Below, in pieces: positions 35,670 through 48,200 of a DNA stretch of 64,000 bases. The stretch is from Octopus sinensis (lineage: Eukaryota): assembly GCF_006345805.1 (NCBI RefSeq), contig NC_043018.1:21204001-21268000 (forward strand), given 5' to 3'. The notes beneath the pieces were generated by a model, which saw only the letters and a program-made list of their open reading frames with translations, was not told where the DNA came from and searched no databases. Within the stretch, counting starts at the first letter, position 1, and each line of letters opens with the position of its first letter. Made by a program: the position numbers and the translations under genes.

Positions 35670-36790
35670 AAGTCAATATTTTGTGGTCTTGCAGCCACAC
35701 GTATGGTGACAAACCTGCTGAATACTGGTGTACTGCTGACAACTGAACTTACATTGGTTCAGTTCCTGATGAAGCCCATTCCATGTTCACGCTTGGTGTT
35801 ATCTCTGCTGTACCACACTTTGAGGCCTTTATCAGTCGTTTCATCAAAACCTAACTTCAACCAGCCCTAGGATATCCCAGATGTACTGGTTAATTTTGTA
35901 AGTTCCTTCATCCTTCCACAAGCATAGAGAGTACGGACGTTCCATCTCCCAAAGACAATATTGTCTTTGGGAAGGTCGAAGGTAGTCAGTGTAGGTGTCT
36001 TTGTCCCTGTTGTTGTCATTCCAGCTGCACATTGTTTGCTTCCACCCTGAAAAATAGCAGTGAAGGGCATGGTCAGCACGGAAATTCCTAATACTTATTT
36101 CTTCACTGCCCACAAGGGGCTAAACACAGAGGAGACAAACAAAGACAGACAAACGGATTAAGTCGATTATATCGACCCCAATGCATAACTGGTACTTAAT
36201 TTATCGACCCCGAAAGGATGAAAGGCAAAGTCGACCTCGACGGAATTTGAACTCAACGTAACAGCAAACGAAATACCTATTTCTTTATTACCCACAAGGG
36301 GCTAAACACAGAGGGGACAAACAAGGACAGACATAGGTATTAAGTCGATTACATCGACCCCAGTGCGTAACTGGTACTTAATTTATCAACCCCGAAAGGA
36401 TGAAAGGTAAAGTCGACCTCGGCGGAATTTGAACTCAGAATGTAACGGCAGACGAAATACCACTAAGCATTTCGTCCGGCGTGCTAACGTTTCTGCCACT
36501 TCGCCGCCTTAGGGAATTCCTAATACTTTTTCTGTTATGGCATTTCAGTGGCCCATAGAAATGCTTGGCAGTGCTCACTTCCTCTCCAGGCATTCAATTC
36601 CTCACTAAACTCAGCCGGCCAGCAGAAATAGCTACTAGGGTTTGGCTGAGAATGGTCTCGGAGCTGAAAGTGAAAGTTAGGTGAGAACCTGAGTACCCGT
36701 CCATCCCTAAGGGTGCTGCTGCCGGAAACCAAGATATTCTCTCTACCTGAACACCCCTATATCATTTTCTCACTGTCCAGCGTCCTTGGT
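35670..36790 (-). mobile_element. RTE-type LINE 5' region with APE endonuclease fragment, split by a double SINE insertion (36097-36512)
   Basis: FGRWNVRTLYACGRMKEL...WDILGLVEVR...KVWYS...HGMGFI...SRFVTIRVAARPQNI; presumed 5'UTR resumes after the insertion. Confidence 0.8.
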
Positions 36791-36824
36791 TTTTTTTTTT
36801 TCCTTTTTAAATATATATAATAGT

Positions 36825-37000
36825 AGGCGTAGGAGTGGCTGTGTGGTAAGTAGCTTGCTTACGAACCACATGATTCCGGGTTCAGTCCCACTGCGTGGCA
36901 CCTTGGGCAAGTGTCTTTTACTATAGCCTCCGGCCGACCAAAGCCTTGTGAGTGGATTTAGTAGACGGAAACTGAAAGAAGCCCCTCGTATATATGTATG

Positions 37001-37032
<32 letters not shown>

Positions 37033-37230
37033 CATATGTTTGTCCCCCCCAACATCGCCTGACAACCGATGGTGGTGTGTTTACGTTCCCGTAACTTAGC
37101 GGTTCGGCAAAAGAGTCCGATAGAATAAGTACTAGGCTTACAAAGAATAAGTCCTGGGGTCGGTTTGCTCGACTAAAGGCGGTGCTCCAGCATGGCCACA
37201 GTCAAATGACTGAAACAAGTAAAAAGAGTA
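36825..37230 (+). mobile_element. tRNA-head SINE family with internal (TA)/(TG) microsatellite and (TAAAAGAG)n tail (representative)
   Basis: Head GGAGTGGCTGTGTGGTAAG...GGGTTCAGTCCC. Copies at 8920-9270, 12087-12465(-), 23690-24080(-), 40140-40420, 40598-40978(-), 43900-44430(-), 44760-45412(-), 48862-49240(-), 59261-59680, 60255-60555(-), 60620-60810, 63570-64000(-). Confidence 0.88.
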
Positions 37231-37249
37231 AAAAAAAAAGAACACATAA

Positions 37250-37620
37250 ACATGCCCTGAAAGATTGCTTGGAGATACGTGTCCCCATGCACCACCTCCA
37301 GCCTGGTGAACTCTTCATCCACATCCTTCTCTCGTGCAATGGCACGCATTTATTTGCTGGGATCATTGTTGATGATCTCCTGGATTTCAGCGACGAATTC
37401 GGGTGTTCTGATGACGTCAGATCGTCGGTCATTGGTTTTCCTCTCTGCTGTTGCCTCGTAGTCGAGTCCCAAACCCCACCAGCAGCTCCTTTCTGGCTTT
37501 TCCCACCATCCATCTGCTGCTGACGTTGTGTAAGTCTGAAATCTCATTGCTTGTCTCTCCGGCGCAGATTCCAACGAGGACTCCATGCCTCTTCCACAAA
37601 TTGGTGGTAGTGGCCAACAA
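37250..37620 (-). pseudogene. Decayed Tc1/maT-like transposase N-terminal HTH fragment
   Basis: RRSDVIRTPEFVAEIQEIINNDPSK-MRAIAREMDVDE pattern (ORF 37350..37700). Confidence 0.65.
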
Positions 37621-37635
37621 CTCTGCAAAAATATA

Positions 37636-38026
37636 TCTTTATATATAAAAGTCAAGTTGTGTGTCTGTCTCCTTCGATTTAGATTCCTAACTACGCCCAC
37701 ATTTTGCGGTGCAGTTTAAACAAAAGCGGGTATCTTATAGTCGTGATTCATATCAAGCCCTTCTGGGTATTAGCGCGCGTCTACGATGAGTCTACGATTT
37801 TAAAAATAATTTACCATCATTTTTTTCCATTTTAAGGCATATTTTTTTAATATAAGGGAAGTAACTCTCTAAAAATGTCTACGATGAGTCAACGATTAAA
37901 AAAAAAATTTACCATGATTTTTTTTCCATTTTTAATGCATTTTTTGCTATTTTTTGGCTATAACTCTAAAAATGCTTTATAGTTATTTCCCTTACAAACC
38001 CGAGCAACGCCGGGCGATACTGCTAG
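37636..38026 (+). mobile_element. Non-autonomous Helitron
   Basis: 5' A|TCTTTATATATAAAAG start; 3' GC hairpin CCCG-AGCAACGC-CGGG shortly before terminal CTAG; no TSD. The 3' flank is A rather than the usual T. Confidence 0.75.
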
Positions 38027-38102
38027 AAAGTAAATAAAGCAAGAATGGTTATTGTTTTTAAGAAGAAAAACCGACATCGATAGTAAAAAAAAAAAAAGGA
38101 TC

Positions 38103-38746
38103 TTTTCAGTTTGACCGGCAGTTTTTTAAAATAATTTCTTTGTAACTAAACACTTTTAAACTTCGTATACTGGTAGAATGTGTTACATAAAACATCTTTC
38201 TCTCTTGGCTTTCTGGAGAAAATTCTGTAGTTTGTAAGCTATTATGACCCTAGTATTGATCTATTGCATTTCAATCTGTTTTAGGGTTAGGGGTGGGGGG
38301 AAGGGTATCTTTTTTTCTTCAGAAATGTAAATAAACCCAATCTCGTTCTTAAACGAATATATAATATGTAATGTGTGTATCTGTGCAACAGAGAGGGAAA
38401 TTAAAACTGCATATGTTGTGAACTTAGATTATGTGTTTATTAATAAAAGTTTAATAACGATAATTTTTTATTCATACGAACGTAACTGATATGAAATATG
38501 TCATAAATAACAGTGTCAAGCTGATATGACACCACAGTAATTGTATTCACCTCAATAGACGTCATTGATTGGTTGAAATTGCCAAAATGCAAGAAATTTA
38601 ACAACAAATATCTTACAAACTACAGAATTTTCTCAATAAAGCCAAGAGAAAAAGATGTTTTATAAACACATTCTACCAGTATACGAAGTTTAAAAGTGTT
38701 TAGTTACAAAGAAATTATTTTTTAAATCTGTCGGTCAAAGTGAAAA
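38103..38746. mobile_element. Foldback-like element with ~135-bp inverted arms
   Basis: 38103-38238 is the reverse complement of 38612-38746 at roughly 90% identity by eye. Confidence 0.75.
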
Positions 38747-38843
38747 AATGCGTAAAATTAGCAGTTGTAAATTGAGAACGAATACTGTCCACGGCCTGCA
38801 TCAGCATTTACGCATCACATGTTCTTATGGTGTGCGCTTATAG

Positions 38844-39044
38844 CAGTGCTTTTCAACCCTTTTGCTGGAGCGGAACCCCAAGGAAACATTCCACTGGCTC
38901 GAGGAATCCCTGTGCAATAATTTAATTGTCTTATGCACACATATCTGCACAGGAGAATTAAAAATTACTGCCGATTTTAGCAGTTTTGTAACTTCTTGCG
39001 GAACCCCTGCACTGTACTGGCGGAACCCTGGTTGAAAACCACTG
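38844..39044. mobile_element. hAT-type MITE, 201 bp
   Basis: TIR CAGTGCTTTTCAACC / GGTTGAAAACCACTG; perfect 8-bp TSD GCTTATAG at 38836-38843 and 39045-39052. Confidence 0.9.
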
Positions 39045-39279
39045 GCTTATAGTATGAATGGTGCTGTGATAAGTAGTCATCTTCGTTAAACTAATACCCG
39101 GAACTAAATTACTCTGACATGATATTATGTGTATATACTTTAAAACTTGTGCGGAAGCATTGTATTTTAGCAAAGGAATATAAAAAAAAAGTGTTATTAA
39201 AAGAAAAGAGATGATAATTAAAAAAAACGTTTAAGAAAAAGTATCGAAATGTATTAGTGTGGACCGTAAAACTGTCTGA

Positions 39280-39375
39280 ACAGAGATGCTCCACGCATGC
39301 GTTTAATTAAACCCACGTGGAAACCGTTGAATGTAAACAATTTTCTGCAAGGTTCCCCAAATGACGTCTCCAAGG
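39280..39375 (+). promoter_or_regulatory. Putative ZNHIT6 proximal promoter / 5'UTR
   Basis: CpG-containing patch in AT-rich DNA: ACGCATGCGT (NRF1-like core), CCACGTGG (E-box), TGACGTC at the ATG. Confidence 0.55.
39361..39374 (+). CDS. ZNHIT6: ZNHIT6 exon 1 (ATG ACG TCT CCA AG)
   Basis: ATG in a CpG-containing patch, donor AG|gtaatt, phase 2 matches exon 2. Confidence 0.7.
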
Positions 39376-41353
39376 TAATTTCATTAAGGCTATATTTTCG
39401 TTATTATGGTTTTACATTTTTCTCGCGGAAATATAATATTTATTCCATGTAATCAAAGATAAACATTGTAAATATTAATTATGGTTTTTAGTGTTTTACT
39501 TTCTCTGCTATTGATGCGATATAAATATATTGAAATTAAGATTTTCCGTCTGAGCGACATGGGCAATAATTAATTAAATATATGTCATATTTCGTTGACT
39601 TAATTTTCTTTAATTTTAACCCCATACTTACGTGTCTTTAAAGCAAAAGATAAGATAGTCTAAAGAAGTTCTAACTGGGTGTTTTAATATTTATATTTAG
39701 TGTCCGCCTCCTTAATGGATATTATAACGAACAACATATTTACTGTGTTTTCACACCTTCTTACCATGTTTTATTCTCCACGGTAACTGCTGTGTATTAA
39801 CTTTTTAGCGGTTGAAATATGTCACAAACATATTTCGGTAAATTTTTACCCATATTTCAACTAACCTAAATTCTACAAATAGTAAATAAATAAAAATGAA
39901 AGAAATAGCAGGTGATTTTGTTTTAATATAAATTAGTTTGTGGTGTAACAAATGTAGATGGAGTTTTGGAATAGCTGTCCCTCGAAGAATTGTCCCTTCA
40001 TTTTTCAGTTTTCCTGTCTTTCCACGTACAATAAGAAAATGTCTAAGAGCAAATTAATGCCAGTTGAGCACGGTTCTGATCCACCGAAGTCAACTTTGCC
40101 TTCCAATTTTCCGTAGAAGATAAAATAAAGTACCTATTAGATACTTTGCTTTGTGATTGGATTTAGTTGATGGAAACTGAAAGAAGCCTGTTATATGTGT
40201 GTGTGTGTCTGTGTTTGTCCCCACCCATCACCACTTGACAACTGGTGTTGGTACGTCTACATCCCCATAACTTAGCGGTTCAGCAAAAGAGACTGATAGA
40301 GTGAGTACTAGGCTTAAAAATAAGTGCTGGGGTCGATTTGTTTGATTTAAAAAAAAGAAAACCTTAAGGTGATGCTCCAGCATGGCCACAGTCAAATGAC
40401 TGAAACGAGTAAAAGTGTAACTTAATTTTTAGAACAATATTGTAGGGTAGGTCTGAGGGCCCAGATCTGGTCAGTTTGAACATAAAACAGGTAAAATATT
40501 TGGGCTGGATCTGGCTGGTTTAAATGCTGAAGGGTCAAGGCAATGTCATTTGATAAGCAAGCAGCTGTCCCTTTTTACAATTTTATTAATAACTGGTTAC
40601 TCTTTTACTTGTTTCAGTCATTTGACTGCGGCCATGCTGGAGCACCGCCTTTAGTTGAGCAAATCGGCCCCAGGACTTATTCTTTGTAAGCCCAGTACTT
40701 ATTCTATCGGTCTCTTTTGCCGAACCGCTAAGTTACGGGGACGTAAACACACCAGCATCGGTTGTCAAGCAATGCTAGGGGGACAAACACATACTCACAC
40801 ATATACATATATACGACAGGCTTCTTTCAGTTTCCGTCTTACTAAATCCACTCACAAGGCATTGGTCGGCCCGGGGCTATAGCAGAAGACACTTGCCCAA
40901 GATGCCACGCAGTGGGACTGAACCCGGAACCATGTGGTTGGTTAGCAAGCTACTTACCACACAGCCACTCCTGCGCCTTTGGTTGTTGATTGCCAGTTAA
41001 TTAAATTAAAGTTCCTTGGTCTTGTTATTAAATTACAGAATATATTTTTGCATTTTTAGTGAAATTGCCAAATGTGATGTCTGCCAGAAGCAACCATTTA
41101 AATACAGGTGTCCTTGTTGTTCAAAGCAAACCTGCTCGTTAACGTGTGTTAAGCAGCACAAGAATGACACAGGATGTTCTGGTGTTCGAAATAAAACTGC
41201 TTTTGTAGCTGTTGATGATTTCAGTGACTTAAATCTTTTAAATGGTAAGTAAAAGTTTTACTTTATTTAATATAACTTTATTATTATTTAATTTTCACAA
41301 AAAAAAAGAAGTTAATTTCATTTCTTTCATTTTTTATAACAATGAAATTGCTG

Positions 41354-41409
<56 letters not shown>

Positions 41410-44400
41410 GTTTAACGTCCGCTTTCCATGCTGGCATGGGTTGGATGATTTGACTGAGGACTGGCGAACCAGATGGCTGCACCAGGCTCCAATCTTGATC
41501 TGGTAGAGTTTCTACAGCTGGATGCCCTTCCTAACTCCAACCACTCCGAGAGTGTAGAGGGTGCTTTTACGTGCCACTGGCACAAGGGCCAGCCAGGCAG
41601 GACTGGCAATGGTCACCCACAAATGATGTTTTTTACATGCCACCTGCACAGGAGCCAGTCCAGCGGCATGGCAATGACCTCACTCGAATATTTTTTCACG
41701 TGCCAGTAAGGTGATGCTAGTAACGATCACGCTCGAATGGTGCTTTTTATGTGCCACCGGCATGGAAGCCACTTTGCTGCTCTGCCAATGATCACACTCG
41801 GATGGTGATAAGCTCGTAAACATTTTATAAATGGTTTCGGGAAGTATATATAAGTACAAGGGTAGCTGTGTGCTTGAGAAGCTTGCTTTGCAATCAGTTG
41901 GTTTTGGGTTCAGTCTTTGGATAAGTGTCTGCTACTATAGTCCTGGGATTAACAATACCTTGTGAGTGAATTTAGTAGATGGAAACTGGGGAAGCCCATC
42001 ATATATATATAGTTAATCCAAACATGAAAACACAAAGAGAAAACACAACAACGTGAGGACGTAGAACAAATATAGTATTATTGGACGCTCAGGAAGGAAG
42101 GGAAGAAGGAGGGTTTAACATTTCCAGCGGAGCTCTTCGTTGGAAACATAGGAGAAGGAAAGATCCAGAGAAGGGAAGACAGGGGGAAAAAAAATCACCA
42201 ACGGTAGACACACGGTCACATAGGTCATTATTGTTTAACCTTTGCTTTCCATGCTGGCTTGGATTGGACAGTTTGACATGGAGCTGACTAGCAGGGAGTT
42301 CTCCGTACTCCGGTTATCTGTTCTGGCATGGTTTCTATGGCCGGATGCCTTTCCTAATGCCAACCACTTAGCAGTGTGCCAGGTGCTTTTTACATGCCAC
42401 TGGTACAGGTGCATTAGTGCAACTCAATACAGGTGCTTTTTAAGTGGCACCGGCACCTGAAGGGACAAACCTGTATGTGTGGAAAGCAGTGGTTTTAATT
42501 AGCTTAATGTGTCTTATCAAGTACAGCAAATTGCCACGTCTACTGATGTGTATGTGTGTGTGTGTGGGGGGGGGTTGTGTCTGTCCCACCCCCTACCACT
42601 TGCCAACTGGTGTGGGTGGGTGGGAGTTGGTTATGTGCCTGTGACATAGAGGTTCAACAAATGAGACTGAACAGAATAAGTGTCAGACTGGAACCAATTT
42701 GTTCGTCTCAACTCTTCAAGGCAGTGCCCCAGCATGGCCGCAGTCCAATGATTGAAGCAAGTAAAAGAAAGGGAAAAGATATGTGTGAATGGAATCTGTC
42801 CCTTTGGGAGATAAAACAACAATATTTCAGATGACAGGAAAGATAATGTCAAGGAGGTTGTTCACCAAGGAATATATAACTTTAATGTGATCAGTCACCA
42901 TCATCATCATCATCATCGTTTAACGTCCGTTCTCCATGCTAGCATGGGTTGGACGGTTCGACCGGGGATCTGGGAAGCCAGAAGGCTGCCCCAGGCTCCG
43001 GTCTTATCTGGCAATGTTTCTACAGCTGGATGCCCTTCCTAACGCCAACCACTCTGTGAGTGTAGTGGGTGCTTTTTACGTGCCACCTGCACTGGAGCCA
43101 GGCGAGGCTGGCATCGGCCACGGTCGGATTGGTGCATTTTACGTGCTACCTGCACGGAAGCCAGTCGAGGCGGCACTGGCTTCGGCCACGATTCGGATGG
43201 TGCTTTTTACGTCATATGTCTGTTTTCCATACTGGCAAGGTTTGATAGGAACTGACCAGCTGAAGGGCTGTTCTGGCATGGTCTTTATGGCAGCATGGTC
43301 CTTCCAAGTAATTTCATGTTCTGGTGATAATTTTTTCTCTTTTCTTTTTCTTTTCTTCAGATTATCGTCTGCTTGAAGATACTGCACGGGTCACTGATAA
43401 ATGCAAACGAGATCCGCTGTTAAAACATCACAAGTCACGTTCTGTAAGTGAACCGTTAACCATTCAGACTGGGAACTAATTTTTGTATTCATTTTTAAAT
43501 GCAGTTTTTTCTTTGTCTGTTAAAACTTTATAAACTAAAGGGGAGAAGTACAAGAAGTAGAGTTTACCCAGACCTTGCTAAACTAGGTTTAGACAGACAC
43601 TGGTTGTCTTTGAATTAGAGTTGAGGAGGCTTTTTGTCTCGTAAGTTGGAGCCGTGGAAAAAAAAAAAACCAGTACATTTTGTAAAATGGTTGGTGTTAG
43701 GAAGGACATTCAGCTGTAGAAAGCATGCCAAAGCAGATACTGGAGCTTGATGTGGCCCTCTGGCTCATCGGATCCTGTCAAATCATCCAACCCATGCCAG
43801 CATGGGAAACTGACATTAAAAGATGATGAATATCCAATCAGATTGTGTTAAGGGTGAGGACAGCTGTGTAAAGAAGTGCTGAGCCCTAATTGTGGAGGGT
43901 TCCTGTAAATATACTGGAGCACCGCCTTTAGTCAAGCAAAATCGACCCCAGGACTTATTCTTTGTAAGCCTAGTACTTATTTTATCAGTCTCTTTTTGCC
44001 AAATCGCTAAGTTACGGGGGACATAAACACACTAGCATCGGTTGTCAAGCAATGTTGGGGGGAGGGACAAGCATACAAACACACATACATATTTTATATA
44101 TATATATAATAATAATAATATTAGGGAATAAATCCAGACTTACTGGGAAAAATTAGATTTAGGATTAAATCCAATTTTATAGTATAAATATATTATATTA
44201 TATTATATTAAATTAGAGATAAAACCACTATTAGGCAAATCAAACAGTGAAAAACATAAGCCAATACATCTCTAATTTAATATAATATATATATATATAT
44301 ATACGACGAGCTTCTTTCAGTTTCTGTCTACCAAATCCACTCACAAGGCTTTGGTCGGCCTGAGGCTATAGTAGAAGATTACTTGCCCAAGGTGCCATGA

Positions 44401-45164
44401 AGTGGGAAGCTACTTACCACACAGCCACTCTCGGTATAAATTAATATTACTAAGAAATATTACCGGTCCCTGGCACATTGGGGAAAAAAACTGCCAGTAC
44501 ACCACATCAGACAGTTTGAGAAACACTAATTTAGATGATATGGGGAAGAAAGCTGTTAATATTTAGTGAAACTGAAAAGCTTTATGAAGCATTTATTTAT
44601 TCAGTATTTCAACAATTATTTTCTAGTTGCTGTGGCTGACTAAAGAAACCCACAAAAGGCACATCCATTTGAAATCTCTTCCTTATAATATGGAACGGCG
44701 GAAACATAACACAAGTATATTCAATTTCAAGTAAGTGTTTAGTTATCTGTCATCCTCTTTGCTCTTTTACTTGTTTCAGTCATTTGACTGTGGCCATGCT
44801 GGAGCACCGCCTTTTAGTCGAGCAACTCGACCCCAGGACTTCTTCTTTGGAAGCCTAGTACTTATTCTATAGGTCTCTTTTGCCGAACCGCTAAGTTACA
44901 GGGACGTAAACACACCAGCATCAGTTGTCAAGCGATGTTGGGGGGACAAACATATACACACACAATGTGACCGCGTGTGTACCGTTGGCGATTTTTTTTC
45001 CTCTGTCTTCCCTTCTCTGTATCTTTCCTTCTCCTACGTTTCCGACGAAGAGCTCCGCTCGAAACGTTAAACCCTCCTTCTTCCCTTAGCGTCCAATAAT
45101 ACTATATTCGTTCCATGTCCTCGCGTTGTTGTGTTTTTTTGTGCTTTCTTGTTTGGATTAACTT

Positions 45165-45238
<74 letters not shown>

Positions 45239-48200
45239 TACATATATATGATGGGCTTCTTTCAGTTTCTGTCTACCAAATCCACTCACAAGGCTTTAGT
45301 CGTCCTGAGGCTATAATAGAAGACACTTGCCCAAGGTGCCACGCAGTGGGACTGAACCTAGAACCACGTGGTTGGTAAGCAAGCTACTTACCGCATAGCC
45401 ACTCCTACGCCTATAGTAAAAGACCTTCAAGATTCTATGCTGAGGGGGCCAAATCTCAAAATCACACCTGCACCTGTTATATTTTAAATGATTTAATTAA
45501 TTAATTTATTAAAACTAAATAAACGCTTATCATTAATTTCAGATCTAAACTTATTCAGTGGGACGTATCTTGGGTATTTCCACAGGCTGGAGTTTCACTT
45601 AAAGAAGAAAGGTAAGGTAGAATTAATTAAAAAAATAAATTCTCTAATAGGTTTACATATTGAACATTCTCCCAATATCTGAATATTCAATTTCCTTTCT
45701 TTAGAATGTCTGAAGACTTGACCATAATGGAAGCATTTCAAAGTATATTCAACACAAGTAAATCTGCATCGTTGTTTTTATATAAGCTCAATCAATATCG
45801 AAATGCAGACCCAGAGAAGCTGTGCTTTTTAATGAAAGCAGAAATGCATCCCTCAAAAGATATGCAGTAAGATTTTAATTATTATTTCAACATGTCATCT
45901 TGAATTTGTTTTTTACATGTATGGATGTATGGATGGATGGATGTATGTATGTATATACAACAAACAAACCAACACATGTATGTGGCATTCAAATGGTTGT
46001 GCCAAAAACAGTTAGTTAGCCTCTGACATAGACAACACAATGAAAACTACCTATTCCATTCCTTTTATTCACACACATGTACACACACACATGTATGTAA
46101 AGGTTGGCAACACCATGCAACCATGGAAAAGTAGATAACAAAACAATTATGATGATACACACACATATGTGTGTGTGTGTGTGCATGTATGTATGTCATC
46201 ATCATCATTATCATTTAACTTTCCATGTTGGCATGGGTTGGACAGTTTGACCAAGGACTGGCAAGCCAGTAGACTGTACCAGGCTCCAATCTGATCTGGC
46301 AAGGTTTCTACAGCTGGATGCCCTTCCTAATGCATCTGTTGGTTACAACGATGAGTGTTCCAGTTGATCTCATATTTGTTGTGCTATCTACTTTTCCATG
46401 GTTGTATGGTGTTGCCAACCTTTAACCTTTATCTGTTACCATGTTTTCATAGAAGATTGGAAAATAAGGGACCTTGTTTGTATGACTGACATTCATTTAT
46501 TACAAACTCACAATGTCAAGTTAAGGGGACACAAACACACACACATGACAGGCTTCTTTCAGTTATTTCTTTATTGCCCACAAGGGGCTAAACATAGAGG
46601 GGACAAACAAGGACAGACAAAGGGATTAAGTCGATTACATCAACCCCAGTGCATAACTGGTACTTATTTTATCGACCCCCAAAAGGATGAAAGGTAAAGT
46701 TGACTTTGGTAGAATTTGAACTCAGAACGCAACGGCAGACAAAATACCACGAAGCATTTCGCCCGCATTGCTAACGCTTCTGCCAGCTCGCTGCCTTCGA
46801 CTTTTACTTCCTCTAAGTGATTGGGTTTGATCGTCTTCTCCGGGCCATCAGAGAACTTGCCGTCAACCAAACATACTCAAGGCTTTGGTTGGCCTTGCAC
46901 TATCGTAGAGGACATTTGACCAAGGTTCCTCACAGTGGGACTGAACTTGAAACCACATGGTTGAAAATTGTAAACCACAGCCATACCCATGCCTTTCTAT
47001 GCAGAACATTAAGCTTGTGAGATGTATGTGTGTGTGTGTGTGTGTGCATATAATTTCTTTTTCTTTTCTATTCTGTCTCCTAATTTTGACTAAAAACCTG
47101 GCTGTTACAACTTTGTCCCCCTTACATATACAGACATCTGTGACATTGTCCCTTTGCTTTTCTCAGTCAAATTTTTCTATGTTGTGAGATTATAAGTTCT
47201 CGTGCATATGTTCCAGTCTCAAGACAGGCTACAGTAATAAGAAACAATTTAAGCTAAGACCATTTTCTTCCCTTATCTAACCTATATCAGCATGGGGGGG
47301 GGGGAATGTGATGATGATGATGATAGTAATGATCCTTTTTTTTTCTTGCTTTTAGTTATTACACGTTACAAGCAGACAAAACATTTCTTGATAATTTATA
47401 TGGAAAGACCCTTCTGGAGCATCCTGTTATCCACGTTATTTTTGCTGAGGAAAAATCATCTTATTTGTTTCTAATCAATGACAGTAAGTGAATTGCATTT
47501 CATTCTTGAGATTTTTGTGATTCTCTTTCTCATATTTTATGATTCATTATGTAACTTTAATACATAGCATATATATACCTTAATACATAATATACACAAT
47601 ATTAATTCACAATATCTATAACATTTATACCTTAATACATAATACTTTTTTACTTGTTTCAGTCATTTGACTGTGGCCATGCTGGAGCACCGCGTTTATA
47701 GTCGAGCGAATTTACCCCAGAGCTTATTCTTTGTAAGCCTAGTACTACTTATTCTATCGGTCTCTTTTGCCAAACTGCTAAGTTACGGGGGCCCTAAACA
47801 CACCAGCATCAGTTGTCAAGTGATATTGGGGGGGGGAAACTTGATTGCATAGCAAGCTTTCCATTTGCCTTCACATTCTGACTGCAGCAAGCAGTGCTTA
47901 GTCGAGTGCATTCAAATTGCCTGTTACAGCAGAGTCTCCTTCAATCTAGACTAACAAAATTTGGCAGTGCAGCTTATTAGATGTATGAATATATTAAAAT
48001 TCCAATAATCTCGGTCTGTTAATAACTGTGTCTCAAAACTTTTGGAATGTACCGCATATATAATCTTTAGATGTATTTTATGCAATTCAATTCGATTTGA
48101 TTACAGTTAAGTTCCCTGCCATCAAGTCATCGCTGGAGAGTTCACCATTGAAATATAGCCATGGCACCTCTCCATTAACCCTTTCGTTACAGTGTTTATT

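Noticed and set aside
43823-43882. Box C/D snoRNA-like layout (ATGATGA...CAGA...GTGAGGA...CTGA) in ZNHIT6 intron 3
   Set aside because: The C box is the (ATG)n tail of an RTE copy, there is no terminal stem, and I recognise no rRNA complementarity. A snoscan/conservation test would settle it.
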